Source of the DNA: Octopus sinensis
Taxonomy: Eukaryota
Assembly: GCF_006345805.1 (NCBI RefSeq)
Contig: NC_042998.1
Span: 187,612,001 to 187,676,000, forward strand
Direction of reading: 5' to 3'
Length of the DNA stretch: 64,000 nucleotides
Made by a program: the position numbers and the translations under genes. Below, piece by piece: positions 33,901 through 47,744 of this stretch (the first letter of the stretch is position 1; each line of letters opens with the position of its first letter). Under the pieces are notes generated by a model. That model ran no database searches. It saw only the letters and a list, made by a program, of their open reading frames with translations, and was not told the origin of the DNA.

Positions 33901-36339
33901 TTAAACACTGAATTAAGAACCTAATGAAAATGAATTGTAAATAAATAGGAAATATAACTTTCATGCACATAAAAAAAAAGTACAAATTAAACGTGAAATA
34001 TTTGACAAAAAAAAAAAAAAAAAAGACAGCTGAAAATTTGAGACAATTTTAGAGTAAAAAAATGTTTCATACAAAAAAATTTTCTTTCACTTTTTTTCTC
34101 TTTATTTAATGTTTAGAACATTGAGAACCGGTACTACAGTGATGGAATTCAGCAACCGATAAATTTAAATTAAGTAAACAATGAGGTTGTGTAATAAACC
34201 CCTGTTAAATGAAAACCCAGGTGTTAGGTCTTCTGCTCTGAATTGATACCCATCTTGAGATCTTAGTAAAATAAATAAAAATGAATGTCAACAACATTTT
34301 TTTTTCTAATAAAACACCCCCAAAAATAAAGAAAATTATAACACCTGAGATGATGGGATCGTGCTTCGGAACAATACATCAACCAATTTTCAAATTAGGA
34401 ATTTTTCCAAAGGATATTTATCAAGTAAAAATACCACCAACAAATTTCTCTAATATATGTAATTAATTACATATTTTAAAAAGGTAACCCATTTAAATAG
34501 AGAAATATTAGAAGTGCTAATTAAAAAATCATTGCAATTATATTTTAAGAAATATTTAAAAATAACATTCATTTAGTGATTTCAAACTTAAATTTTTGAG
34601 TACCATGGCACGTAACCACAGATTTGTAAGAGTTGACTGAATCAATCAACACATGTGGGATGACAGGTAAAGCTGGCCCTGACAGAATTTGAACTCAGGA
34701 TAGAGAAGGATGAACGTAAATATAGTTAGACACTCTAGCATGTCTTCCACACAACCACCCTATTGGGATAATGACTTCTAATGTTGGCACAAACCACATA
34801 TCTTTGGAGAGGGGTGTAGCTGATTAAATTCACACCAGTAATTGACTGGTACTTATTTTATCAAACCTGGAAGGATGAAAGGTAAAGATGACCCTGGCAG
34901 GATTTGAACTCAGAACTAAATACTGCAAGGCAATTTGTCTGGCACTCTACTGATTTTTGTTAGTCACCTCTCTCCACTATTGAGATACTAATAATACCAA
35001 TTAATTACATTTGCAATCAGTAAAAGGTTTATGAAACTACACTATAAAGACTGTTGACTTCTATGTATGTTATAGTAAAGAGAGGAAGAAAAGGAAATTA
35101 TGTTTAAATCTCAATAGAAATTAATTAATATTAATCAGATGTTGCTACATTCAGAGTAATAATGCCATTTTCATGGCTAAGCTAAAAATGTATGCTGCAT
35201 AAATTTCACCCCCTAAGAATGGAAGGAAAACAAAAACCAACATGAAGACAAAGACAGCAAGCATGTTATAGAGGCTTTGAAAATATCAGCATAAAAAGAT
35301 TTCTAAAGTGGCAGTTTAGAGAACATGTTATGGAAGGGAAGTATTAAGATTATGAAATACAGCTTTGAATGCAATTAAAATGTCTAAAACACTGAATTAA
35401 TACAGGGATTAACACGATGGCAAATATCTTATTATCTCTGACACAGCAATAAGCATTTTTAATTAAAAGAAAGAATTGTCATTAGCAGAAAAAAAAAATC
35501 AGTATGTCTTTTTTTTCATCTGTGTTAATACATATGATACTAATAATTAATATGCAAAAGAAAAGAGAATATAGGAAATTATTTTGTTTCTACTGGATTT
35601 GCTACTGTGACCTAACTGATATTTGGAACAGATTACAAATTAGAAGAACAGAAAGAATATAGGAAAGGGCTAAGAATTTATTCAGATTTTTTTTTAAAGA
35701 AAGAGAAACTCTTCTGCATTAGTAACTAATATGTTCTAAATTTTATGTATACGAAAATAGCAGCCATTTGTAAATAAAAATTTTAGAGAGTAAAATATTG
35801 ATGGAATCAAGCAAACACACAGCTTGCTTACAAGGAAAAGCTGGTAACCATTACATCTTGATGTGGGTTTGTTTTTGGGGTGTAGAAGTTTGATAATAAA
35901 GGTCACATTTGTGGCTTGTAAGAAAGTAACAGATAAGAGAATATTTTATAATGTTAAAGTGTCTATGCATTCCCTAAGACAAAATGATGCCTACAGAAGC
36001 AGATGAAATTGAGAATCGTAAGGCTCTACACTAGACTCGTAAAGATCTCACTTTCGTACTGCAACTTTTGATATATGTTGCTATCATCAACGTAATAGTT
36101 TCCTACATAGGCATAAGGCCAGGAATTCAAGAAGAAATGGTCGGTATCATATGTGCCTCCAGTACTGGTCAAATTTATTGTATTGATTCTGGAGGGATGG
36201 AAGGCAAAGTCAACCACGACAGGATTTGAACTGAGAATGTAAAGGACTATAACTAGATACAAAATATTTTATTCAGGTGTTTAAAAGATTCTGCCATTCA
36301 GCTGACCTTGTAATAATAACTACTACTATATTTGTATTT

Positions 36340-36632
36340 GTGGAGGCGCAATGGCCTAGTGGTTAGGGCAGCGGACTCGTGGTCATAGGATCGCGGTTTT
36401 GATTCCCAGACCGGGCGTTGTGAGTGTTTATTGAGCGAAAACACCTAAAAGCTCCACGACGCTCCGGCAGGGGGTGGTGATCCCTGCTGTACTCTTTCAC
36501 CACTCTTTCTTCTGTTGGCCTGCTCGCTTAGCCAGCGGGGTGGCGTCATTCAAGGGCTAAAACAATGCGAATGCATTGTGACCAGCGATATGTAACAACA
36601 TCTGATGGTCTGGTCGGTCACGTGATCACGTG
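36340..36632 (+). mobile_element. tRNA-derived SINE, family C, with 12 bp TSD
   Basis: A-box TGGCCTAGTGGTT, B-box-like GGTTTTGATTCC; ATATTTGTATTT at 36328-36339 and 36633-36644. Confidence 0.88.
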
Positions 36633-36939
36633 ATATTTGTATTTACTATGTTTCATTAAAGTTGATGCACTGCCTGCTAAGGAAAAGATAGAACTAAAGA
36701 AGAAAAAAAAAATCATTAATTAAAAATATATTTCAGTTTTAAGAAAGCATTTCCATTGCAAAGTGTAAACATTAAGATATCTTCTGGTTCTTGATAGAAT
36801 ATCAGGTTAAAACATATTAGAGAGTGGGGAGAAGAAAGAAGAGAACAATTAAGAGTTTCCGTAATTTACAGTTTAACTCTTCAGAAAGGCACATTTGGTG
36901 AAGAACACTGATGTGGATATCAAGTTACATATCATATAT

Positions 36940-36951
36940 AATATATCTATA

Positions 36952-37000
<49 letters not shown>

Positions 37001-37216
37001 CTATATATATACATCTGTATGTGTATATATATATATATATACATCTGTATGTATGTATGTATATATATATATATATATATACACATCTGTATGTATGTAT
37101 ATATATATATATATACACATACACACATCTATATCTATATATATATACAAACACATATGTGTGTGTATGTATATGTGTGTGCATATATATATATATATTA
37201 TATATATATATATTAT

Positions 37217-37266
<50 letters not shown>

Positions 37267-37280
37267 CACTCACACATAAA
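36940..37280. repeat. (TA)n-rich microsatellite
   Basis: Dinucleotide repeats. Confidence 0.95.
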
Positions 37281-37364
37281 CATTTAATGTTAACTGTTGG
37301 AAGATTAATACACAGTAAAGATTAATAATATTTTTATTTTGGTTAATTCAGTTTTTCAATACCC

Positions 37365-37441
37365 TTGAATTTCATCTCTGTGTTCACAGGGTCATCGGGC
37401 AAGTTATGCTATGACCCTGTGGACACATAGGTGAAACTTGA
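37365..37441 (+). ncRNA. Candidate pre-miRNA-like hairpin (unverified)
   Basis: ~31 bp stem including 16 contiguous pairs (37380-37395 / 37411-37426); four G-U pairs form only on the plus strand. Confidence 0.3.
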
Positions 37442-37488
37442 AGATAGCAAAAGATTTGACTCAACCAAAATAAAAATATATTACATAC

Positions 37489-37532
<44 letters not shown>

Positions 37533-38210
37533 AAATGTGTATGTTCATATATTTATGACATATGTGTATGTATGTGTATATATAAATATGTATATACATT
37601 TGTATGCATATAGATACATTTATATACCTTTGGGTAGCAAACTACAGTTTGTGTATGAAAATACATAGGCCAAACATGTAGAGCCATTATATGAATTCTC
37701 AACTTGAAATTCCATATCAGTGTATAATAAAATTTGTACAAAATATTTCACTTTTATTTAAAATAATTATAAAATGAAAATGATTTTGAATGCTTCTAAG
37801 TTTTTGTAATTTGAAAATCTGTTTTAGCAGAAGGTGAATAAGTGTAGTGCTTAGCAAAGAATTACTATAATTCTTCACTTACATTTTTCTTTTAGTAAGT
37901 ATTTTACTGTACTTTTCTGGAAAGATAAGTACTATGCTTTTGTATTTGTATTATCATAAATTGATTTCTTCTCTTGACTATGCACAAGATCAATATTTAC
38001 GGGAAAGGGGTACTCTCAATTCAGTTGATACCAGTATATTTGACCCTGAAAGGACGAAAGGCAAAGTCAACCCTAGTGGGATTTGAACATGGAACAGTGG
38101 TGCTTAAAACTAGTTACAACTAAGCATTGAGTTCAATGCCCTACTGCCTCAGCCATTGACTAGATCAGCTCCTTTATAATAGTTGTATTATATGAATTTA
38201 TAAAACAAGC

Positions 38211-38312
38211 AATGCTTGTAGAGCATGAGTTACTAGAATGCTCAATGCTTATAGAGCATGAATTACTAGAATGCTCAATGCTTATAGAGCATGAATTCCT
38301 AGAATGCTCAAT
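38211..38312. repeat. 33 bp tandem repeat x3
   Basis: AATGCTT(G/A)TAGAGCATGA(G/A)TT(A/C)CTAGAATGCTC. Confidence 0.95.
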
Positions 38313-40055
38313 TCCCAGATTAGGTTTCAAAAGAAAAAAACTGTGGAGGGGGAGGTTAATAAATTGTGTGCAGAAGAGAACACTTTTAGATATAATTTCT
38401 CTTAGAAGTATTCTAACTTTAAACTATAACTAAGGAATTTTGAAATGAATTATTTGGGATTCATCAATGAATGATCGTGTTTTAATTATTGGCAAATTAT
38501 GAAAGACTCATCAAGTTGACTAAGTTTTGTGATATTTTATCAATAGTTTTAATGAATATCATCAATAGCTCCACTGCTTCAACATTGGTAATTGCAAGTA
38601 GAGGTCTAAAGCATGTTCAACAGGTGATATTTCATAATTTTAAAGCGAAGTAATGTTAGGGAATGTCTGTGTGCACACACATATATCCATTCATACACAC
38701 ATACATACGTATATACATACATACACACATACACAAACACACAGACACATATATACAAGGTGGCCGAGATAAAAATTTTATAACCCAGCACATGAGAATA
38801 ATAAATGTTAGTGTTTTGTCCTTCATGTGACACAAAACAGATATGTGTTATGGAATTTAATGAGAGTGTCATTTCTGAATTTTTAAAAACAATGTGGCCG
38901 ACAATTTGAAAACCTTTGAGTTTATAGTCACATTTATTTTTAGTGAGAGTATGTATGTGTGTGTGATTGTGTGTTGTGTATATTCACATAGTTTTCAGAC
39001 CAATTAAAACAAAGATTTATATTTAAATTTTCAATTGGTCCCCTTGAAGTTGATGATTTACCTGATATAAATAATCATATGTTCACCTGCAATGTCACTT
39101 AATAGATCAAGTGATGTTTCCTTTACAAAAACAAAAATATTCAAAATTCTTCTCCTATTTGGAAAACAAGCAGAATAAAATATTTTTTTGCAAATTACAG
39201 CATAATAAACCAAAGAAAAATAAATTGAAGAGTTAAGAAGATAAAATCGTTTCCCTTCTCTCAATTAAATAAACAAGAAATGTGGAAGTAAACCAGAAAA
39301 TCTAAATCCCAAATTAAGAGATATTGAATTGTAAATGGCAGCAACCGAAAGTTCAATACATGTGGAAGATGTATTCAGTAAGGCTCTTTTCAAATTGCAA
39401 ACAAAATCTTAAAAGTACACCGAATTATGATTGCAAAATAAAAGTTAATCACAGAAGAGATCACAGTAGCTAATTAAATTGATCAAATGGCTAGGTCCAT
39501 AGGGAAAATGGTTAACATCTGATTACAAGACAGCTTAGGTAAGTTCCAGTTGAATATTAACCAAAAAGACTCTTGCGGAGAAGAGTTTAGTGTCATGCTT
39601 TACCTAATTTGAAAGTAGATTATAAGTTGTAAGCTTCCAAATGTAATGCTATGACCAAACTCACAATTCTACCTTTTATAATACCTGGGTCAGTAATGGC
39701 TTTTGCCACATTTTTTTAGAAGAATTATATTAAGCAGAAATTATTAAACAGTTGAAAACCATTAATGAAGATGAAGCCTAAAACTTGCTAAATTGTAACA
39801 TACAACTGAATATTTTTGTTTCATTTGGTTCAATAAGATGGCAAATTTCACATAGAAAAATAGACAAACAAGCATAATTTTTTTTATTGTAACTATTGTG
39901 ATTATTGTTTATGAGTTATGTTCAATGGTGGGAAACCAAAAAGTTAAAAAAATAACAGATGATGAAACTGAAGATTACCCATTGTAGTAACTGCCACACT
40001 TTATTATAAGCAAGAACTGCACTGAATGCACATAAGCCTACACCACCATACCCTA

Positions 40056-40100
<45 letters not shown>

Positions 40101-41977
40101 ATCTTGTAACAGCTGCTACTTGTTTAACCCCTTTATACATTACTTAATTATTTTTGGTAAATGAGAAATGCCTAAATGTCAACAAGAGAACATTAAGATG
40201 AGAAAAAAAATTTATTTAAAATAAATGAATCCCTATTTAGTGACTACGTATACTGTTGGATATAATTGTTTTAGCTTATCTATAAAGCCATTAAAATAGT
40301 ATGTATTTGGAGAAGTTCAGTATGTGCTTATCATACAACACTATTAACAAATTAAATAATGATTTGATATGACTTTTTCTTCCTTGCAATAATGATTGAG
40401 TCAGCAAAAAGTCATTCTACTGCCAAAATGTTGAGACCTGTATCATCACAACAGGACATTCTGTATCTGAAACAGGAGCTCTGTATAATTACCAAGTATC
40501 TATCATAGTTTGTAGGGTATAGCTCAAGTATTCAAAAGAGCCTAGGTATTGATAAAATTATTCACAGTATTGTTTCTACTCTCCTTATAAACAATATTTA
40601 AACTTAATTATAAACTAAATTAAGAAAGAAGTTCTCTTACTTCTATGGTAAGCTGCCACACTTAGAATCAATGCATTAATATTAAGGCAACAGGATATTA
40701 AAACTAGTTTCAGAATGATTCTTACTTATCTTACAACCATTTTTTAAAATAAAATATTGTTCCTAAGTAGAAATGTTGTTGTTTATACAGATGTAAAAGC
40801 ATATCATCTCAATTTCTGCTGAAATATTTTTCAATACTTCTCAATTACGAGCATAAAAAGAACATTTCTTTATAAATATTTATTCTTCTACAACTAATTT
40901 CATTATGTTATGATGGCCTCCTACCACTAATACACTTTGTTATTATTAGTTTGCTTTCTATCACTTATTTTAATCAGGAATTGACATTAATGTTAGACAT
41001 GACAAGGAATGAAATTGTATTCTATGGCTAGAGTCTAGCTACAGAATACAATATAATTAGCCGCTAGACTAATATAGTTCCTGGGTTAATAACAGGTGAT
41101 CATCATCTAACATCCTCTTTCTAAGCTGGCATGGGTAAGTGGGTGGGTGGGGGGGCACGGGGCGCACCAGGTTCCGATCTGATGAGGAAAAGAAATGAGG
41201 TATGAAATCAGATTTGAAGTGACATAAACACAGTCTTATTTCTTTATCAAACTACCAAAGATAAAATATATAAAACATTATTTGAAAATAGCCACAGAAA
41301 AATATGATTTTGACTGAATGGAGTGTTGAAAATATAAATTTCTATTTTTTCATGGGGTGAGAAGATAACATCATCATAACATTGTCTCCAATTTGTCTTT
41401 ATGCTCCTACTATTGTTATAATAGGGATAAAAACAAACTAAGTGTAAGATACTTCATGCTATTTAATAACCAAATCCTTCAGCTAAATAAAATAATAATA
41501 ATAATAATAATTATAGATGATGATGATGAAAAGGATATGAAAATAGCAGAAATTCTCATATATATTGACCACAAGGTTTGAAACAAAAAATGGTGAAGAA
41601 AGAAATGATTTGGATGTACAAAAAAATTAATGTAAGAGCATCAATGACTTAATTCAAATATCATTTGTATGTATATGCACACACACACACACACACATCT
41701 ATATACATAAAAATACATTCATACAATATATACAAAATTATATTCATATTACACACATGCATACGTTTATAGTTATCCACCAGTGTAAGAGTATCTAATG
41801 ACTACATACATACGTATACATATATAATTTGAATCCATTTTGTTCTTTAACTGAACAAACTTGAAAGGAGTTGTTTACCCACTCATAATAATGGCTTGTC
41901 TATAATCAATGTCATAGAATGTACCAATTAAAAGTCTAAATAGGAAGGACAGAAGCTTGTTAAGAATAGTGCATGAA

Positions 41978-42055
<78 letters not shown>

Positions 42056-43043
42056 CATATACACATACATACATACATACACACACACATAAACACATGT
42101 TTACGTACCACATATACCCAAAGGTAGATTTGGAGCAGATATCAAATCATAAGTCTTATGCATAATCACATTCTAAAATCTATACCCAGTTCGCTTTTAA
42201 TTAATGAAGGCTATGACTTAAAATTACAACCATAGAAAATGTGTGAGATGTTAGAATATGATGCTCCACTCACAAAATATTTTTTCATTTATATTGTACT
42301 TTAGCATTTTTGTAAGGGTACATCTCTTCCTCCCTCTCTCTCTCTCTCTCTCTCTTGCTTACATACAAATATGTGGGTAGCAGTGCAATGTTTGAAATTC
42401 AAATTTTCTCTTGTAGATGTATGAAAGACAGTTGATTCTTGTTCGCTAAAGATAGTTAAAACTAGAAGGGTTAAGTCTAAAATCCTTAAACAGAAGCAGT
42501 TTAGTGTCATGGCTAAAATTTTCATCATTATCCTTTAAAATTCTTAGTTAAATAGTTTATAACCAATGCTGAATGATAGTTATCATGTTTAGAGAAGCTG
42601 ACCAAACTATTAAACAGATTCAAGACATTAAAACAATGTAAATCTCAATAAACACCTTTAAGTTAATTCTATCTACTAAAGAAAACATACATGTCAAAAT
42701 ATATCTTCTGAAGATGGTCAGAGATTACAGTAAACATAGTAAACACGTTAAGTGAAACACAAAAATGAGGTTAATGGTTCAATTAATCCTTACTACTCAG
42801 GCAATAATTAATCACTGACTTAGTGATTCCTTTCCACCAGGAGTGTATAAAGACAAATACAGCAAAGTAATAACATATATCATTATTCTTACAAGTAAAC
42901 TTTTATGGGGCCTTGATGGAATTAGTGCTTTTAATTACCTTATTACTGAAATTTTGACACATCATAATCACATTTTGTTGAATTAAAGTAATATAGGTTT
43001 AATGGAATATGGACCCAGATCATTTCAATGTAATAAAAGATTA

Positions 43044-43383
43044 TTTACAAAGTCAGAAAACAGCACAGCTCCCATGACTTTAAGAAACATTTTTTCACAC
43101 TGACAGTTGCTGAAGCATGGAACAAACTGCCAGCCTCAGTTGTTAGTTGTTGGAGCACTGCATCCTTCAAAACTTCCATGCTTTCTGAGATTCGCCAACA
43201 CTACACCTGATTTCCTCCCCTCCATACACACACAAGCATGTATCTGACTCATACATTGTTCGCTTTCCAGACATTTGCACATTACTGCATACACTTTATA
43301 CGCACTTTTGACAAGTTGTGGTGCACCTGAGCACTGTATACCATAATTTCATTATTATTATTATTATTATATTATTATTATTA
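43044..43383 (+). mobile_element. CR1 LINE 3' end (second copy)
   Basis: Colinear with 18702-19028; (ATT)n tail. Confidence 0.9.
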
Positions 43384-44423
43384 TGAGAACAAAAAGAAAA
43401 GCTGGGCACAGGAATAGCCATGTCATTTCAGACACAGTGTTCCAGGTTGAAATCTGTTGTATGACATGTTATGCAAGTATCTTCAACTACAGCCTCAGTT
43501 TGGGTTTGATCATTGTGAGTGAAATTAGGTATCCCTGGCAGGTAGATTTAATCTGTCACCAAGTTTAATGCTACCACCTGGTAATAAAGGTCACATTTGT
43601 GGCTTGTAAGGAACTAATAAGTAAGACAATGTTTTATAAATGTTCGAGTATTCCTGTATTCTCAAAAACACAAGTGTTGCCTATATAAGCTGTTGAAATT
43701 GAGAATCATAAGGCTACATGCTAGGTTCATAGAGAACTCACTAAAAGATTTTAGTGGAGCCCAATTTGTTGCAAGCATTTGGACCAGTTTTCCAACAATG
43801 GATAACACAGGAGTTAAGAGTTTCTATCTTCTTTCAGTAAACTAGTCCTCAAGGTCCTGCTTTCCCTGCACCAACTAAACCATGATAGTTTTTGATTTGA
43901 ATTTACTTATCTGCTTTTTATTTGAATATTCTAGCTGTCTTCAGATAATACTCTTGAACAGTAATTTTGCTGTCATTAATGAACAGCTTCCTACTTTGAA
44001 GAAATTCATTTTGCTTGAAATGGAAACATAACAACATTATCAATATATAAGAGTAAGGAATAAAGATAAATAAAAAGAGAAACAATAATGAAGCTTCATG
44101 ATAAATCTTGAAAAGGAAAAGAGAAGCTAAGTAAACAAAGAAAATATAACTAAGTTTAATATTCTTTACCGGGAACAAAATTATAAAGTTTGTACACACA
44201 AATACACAAGCACAGGTTTGGTGATGCAAATGAGAAAAGTCAAAACGCAAAGTAGAGCTCATATATTTCTTCATTAACTATAAAGATGTGTAAATACTGC
44301 AAAAGCCGAAAGTTTTGTACATGGTAATCATCAACCTTTGAGATGTGCTATGAATGAAACTCTAGTCCCTTGAGTCATTTACATATCTTTACAGCTAATA
44401 AATATATATAAAGAGATAAAGAT

Positions 44424-44457
<34 letters not shown>

Positions 44458-44527
44458 ATTTGTGGCTTGTAAGGAACTAACAGGTAAGACAAAGTTTTAT
44501 AAATATATATATATATATGTGTGTGTG

Positions 44528-44654
44528 TGGATCAAAACAGTTTCATTCAAATTCCTTGGTACTCTGAGTTTCAAAGCATGATGCTGAGGATTAGCATCAT
44601 GCTTTGAAACTTGTAGTACCAAAGAATTTGAATCAAACTGACTGTTTTGATCCA
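44528..44654. repeat. Hairpin, ~58-62 bp arms, 7 nt loop
   Basis: TTTCAAAGCATGATGCT-gaggatt-AGCATCATGCTTTGAAA core; pairing extends outward with few mismatches. Confidence 0.9.
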
Positions 44655-44732
44655 TACATGTAACTCCCAATAAATGTATTGAGTGCTCTTCTTTTGTTTG
44701 TCCACTCACTCATATGTATGTGTGTATATATA

Positions 44733-44785
<53 letters not shown>

Positions 44786-45295
44786 GCTGAAAAGGTGCTT
44801 CCCATGAAAATAAGCAAATACAGCATATGTAAATAAATTTTTAGCAAACTCAAAGGGAGTAGGCAAAAGACATCTATCCCTGAGTAATGATTTCTGAAAA
44901 TATTGTATACAAAATCAAAATCTATTTAGCATAAAAATAGATTATCCACCTACCCACACACACACACGTATATATATATGCACATATATGCATGACTTAG
45001 ATTTTCTCTTGTTTTGCTAAATAAATTCATGCATGAGATATTTTCAAGAATGCGTATGTGTGTGTGTGTGTAATTAAGTAGAATGTTATGTAATTAGTTT
45101 TTTTGTTGTTGAACTATCCTGCCTAAATGAAATGCAACAGGCACATGTTTTCTAAAAATACAGTCTTGCACAACATTTGAAAGTGTTTGTATTTATAGTT
45201 GATCAACTCACAAGTTGTTTAACAGTGACCACTATGTGTGATAGGAAAACTTATAGCCAAACACAACTGCTTAGACCAGTTTCTTTTTAGACATA

Positions 45296-46045
45296 GATAG
45301 ATGTACCTAGTGTAAGCTATGGACACATAAGAGGTGCAGCAATATCAAAGGAAGGCTAACTGGGAAGATAGTTTTTGTATGTGGCAGATGCTCAGGAGCA
45401 ATAAACACTGAAAATGTGCAGTGAACAACTCCTGTCACATTCCAGGGAGAAAAACTAGAAGTGGTTGATAGCTTCCATTACCTAGGGGACCAAGTCAGTA
45501 GCAGGGGAGGGTGAACTGAAAGTGTAGCTGCTAGAATAAGAATAGCCTGGGCAAAGTTCAGAGAGCTCTTACCTCTGCTGGTGACAAAGGACCTCTCGCT
45601 CAGAGTAAAGGGTAGACTGTACGACGCATGTGTATGAACACCATGCTACATGGCAGTGTAACATGGGCCGTGACTGCTGAGGACATGTGTAAGCTCACGA
45701 GGAATGAAGCCTGTATGATCCGATAGATGTGTAATGTCAGTGTGCATGCTTGACAGAGTGTAAGTACCTTGAGAGAAAAGTTGGACCTAAGAAGCATTAG
45801 ATGTGGTGTGCAAGAGAGATGACTGCGCTGGTATGATCATGTGGTGAGAGTGGATGTGGATAGCTGTGTGAAAAAGTGTCACACCCTAGCAGTGGTTGGC
45901 ATTAGGAAGGACATCCAGCTGTAGAAACTCTGCCAGATCAAGATTGGAGCCTGGTGCAGCCATCTGGTTCGCCAGTCCTCAGTCAAATCATCCAACCCAT
46001 GCTAGCATGGAAAGCAGACATTAAACGATGATGATGATGATGATA
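45296..46045 (+). mobile_element. RTE-clade (RTE-X-like) LINE: RT-domain fragment fused to the 3' end
   Basis: RCT*CKLWTHKRCSNIKGRL...FVCGRC, EVVDSFHYLGDQ, ARIRIAWAKFREL, KGRLYDACV, LRWYDHVVR; joins the family 3' UTR at ~45891. Confidence 0.9.
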
Positions 46046-46505
46046 GATATTAGATACTGAGTTAACTTTCTACTTCTATCATTGAATGACTTAAATTTTA
46101 ATGAAATTGTAAGATTTCAGCTTAGGTAAGTAAAGTTTTGTTACATCCAAAAGTTTTTTTGGTCTGTTTCTAAAACCTTTGTGGCTAAAGAAATTAAGTG
46201 ATTATATTATTTAAAAAAAAAAAAAACGGTAACACTTTATTGTATCTACTTTAGGAGAGAGAGAGAGAGATCAACAACCAGGTATGTCAAAGAATGACCA
46301 GCAATAAAAAATGTTAAAAAAAAAAGACAAGAAATTATGAGGATGGGTTCATTCTTGCATAGTCTGCAGAACAGCGAACTGATTATGAAACAAAAATGAC
46401 AAGCAACAGGTACAACTCCCCAATAATTAAACTAAACCAAATTAGAAAAGAGGCCTCAACTGTTGACAACTTGAACATAAATCTATGAGCATCATGTTGA
46501 CAATT

Positions 46506-46715
46506 TACTCTTTTACTTGTCTCAGTCATTTGACTGTGGCCATGCTGGAGCACCGCCTTTAGTCAAGCAACTCGACCCCGGGACTTATTCTTTTTGTAAG
46601 CCCAGTACTTATTCTATTGGTCTCTTTTTGCCGAACCGCTAAGTGACGGGGACGTAAACACACCAGCATCGGTTGTAAAGCAATGCTAGGGGAATAAACA
46701 CAGACACACAAACAT

Positions 46716-46748
<33 letters not shown>

Positions 46749-46920
46749 CATATATACAACGGGCTTCTTTCAGTTTCCGTCTACCAAATCCACTCACGAG
46801 GCATTGGTTGGCCCGGGGCTATAGTAGAAGACACTTGCCCAAGGTGCTACGCAGTGGGACTGAACCCGGAACCATGTGGTTGGTTAGCAAGCTACTTACC
46901 ACACAGCCACTCCTGCGCCT
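46506..46920 (-). mobile_element. SINE family A, full length
   Basis: Colinear with 16596-17005. Confidence 0.9.
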
Positions 46921-47744
46921 GTGTGATACAAGTAATGAAAAGATACAAGTAATGAAAATCCTCCACCATATAATTCTTGTAATGTATTTTGATAGTCTTA
47001 CACCAATATTTCTGTATTTGCTTTCATGGAAGAAACAAGCAACTTCTCTGGTGGTCTTTATAGGCCAATTGTATAAGATGAATTTTTAGTAAACATTTTA
47101 ATATTTCTATGCTTATACTTAATCCTTTTGTCTCTTTAACATGGTGAATCAATGGCAATTGATGAATTGGACGGAGGTATAGAGTAACTTCATTATGTAT
47201 TTTAAACAAGAATATATAACTCTAGTTACACAGCAAATCTGAATAATCACCAATACAAAATCAAAGTGGGTAAATGTTGAGGTCATGTATTTTAAGAATG
47301 AAGCTGAAATATTAACTCTAGGAACCAAAAAATAAATAAATAAAATGTAGAGTTTCAAGCACAGCTATTAAGTCAGTATAAAACATCTATATATGACGAA
47401 GAATTTCAAAATGAAATGTTGCATAAACTGTATTCATATCAAGAATTCTAGTGAAAGTCATAAATACGAAGAGATTCTAACAACTGACTAAATGACCGCA
47501 CTTCAATATTTAAGCATCGGGTCCAGAGGTAAATATTCAATGTTATTTTATAGAAATGATTGTTAAAATGTAGATGAACAATGATAGGAAAATACTTTGA
47601 ACATGTGCAAGAGAATAATAGGAGTGTTATTTCATCTGTAACACTTTTACTTCATCAAGCTGAAATCTTTAAACTTAAGGTAGCGATCTTTATAAGTGAG
47701 AGGAATACAGATCTTTATAAGTGAGAGGAGTACAATAAGGTAAA

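Noticed and set aside
36340-36420. tRNA gene candidates at SINE heads (families A, B, C)
   Set aside because: No complete cloverleaf; each continues into a SINE body, often with a TSD.
38212-38433. ORF with an MLxEHELLECS repeat
   Set aside because: Arises from the 33 bp tandem repeat; no exon evidence.
39062-39120. Possible 59 nt minus-strand exon (ETSLDLLSDIAGEHMIIYIR) with plausible AG/GT ends
   Set aside because: No recognisable homology and no partner exons; expected by chance in 39 kb.
41133-41155. G-quadruplex motif GGGTAAGTGGGTGGGTGGGGGGG
   Set aside because: Real motif, but it lies in a decayed repeat end with no functional context.
43528-43603. U1 snRNA-like words (CCTGGCAGG; Sm-like ATTTGTGG)
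   Set aside because: No ACTTACCTG 5' end, spacing far shorter than in U1, no U1 stem-loops.
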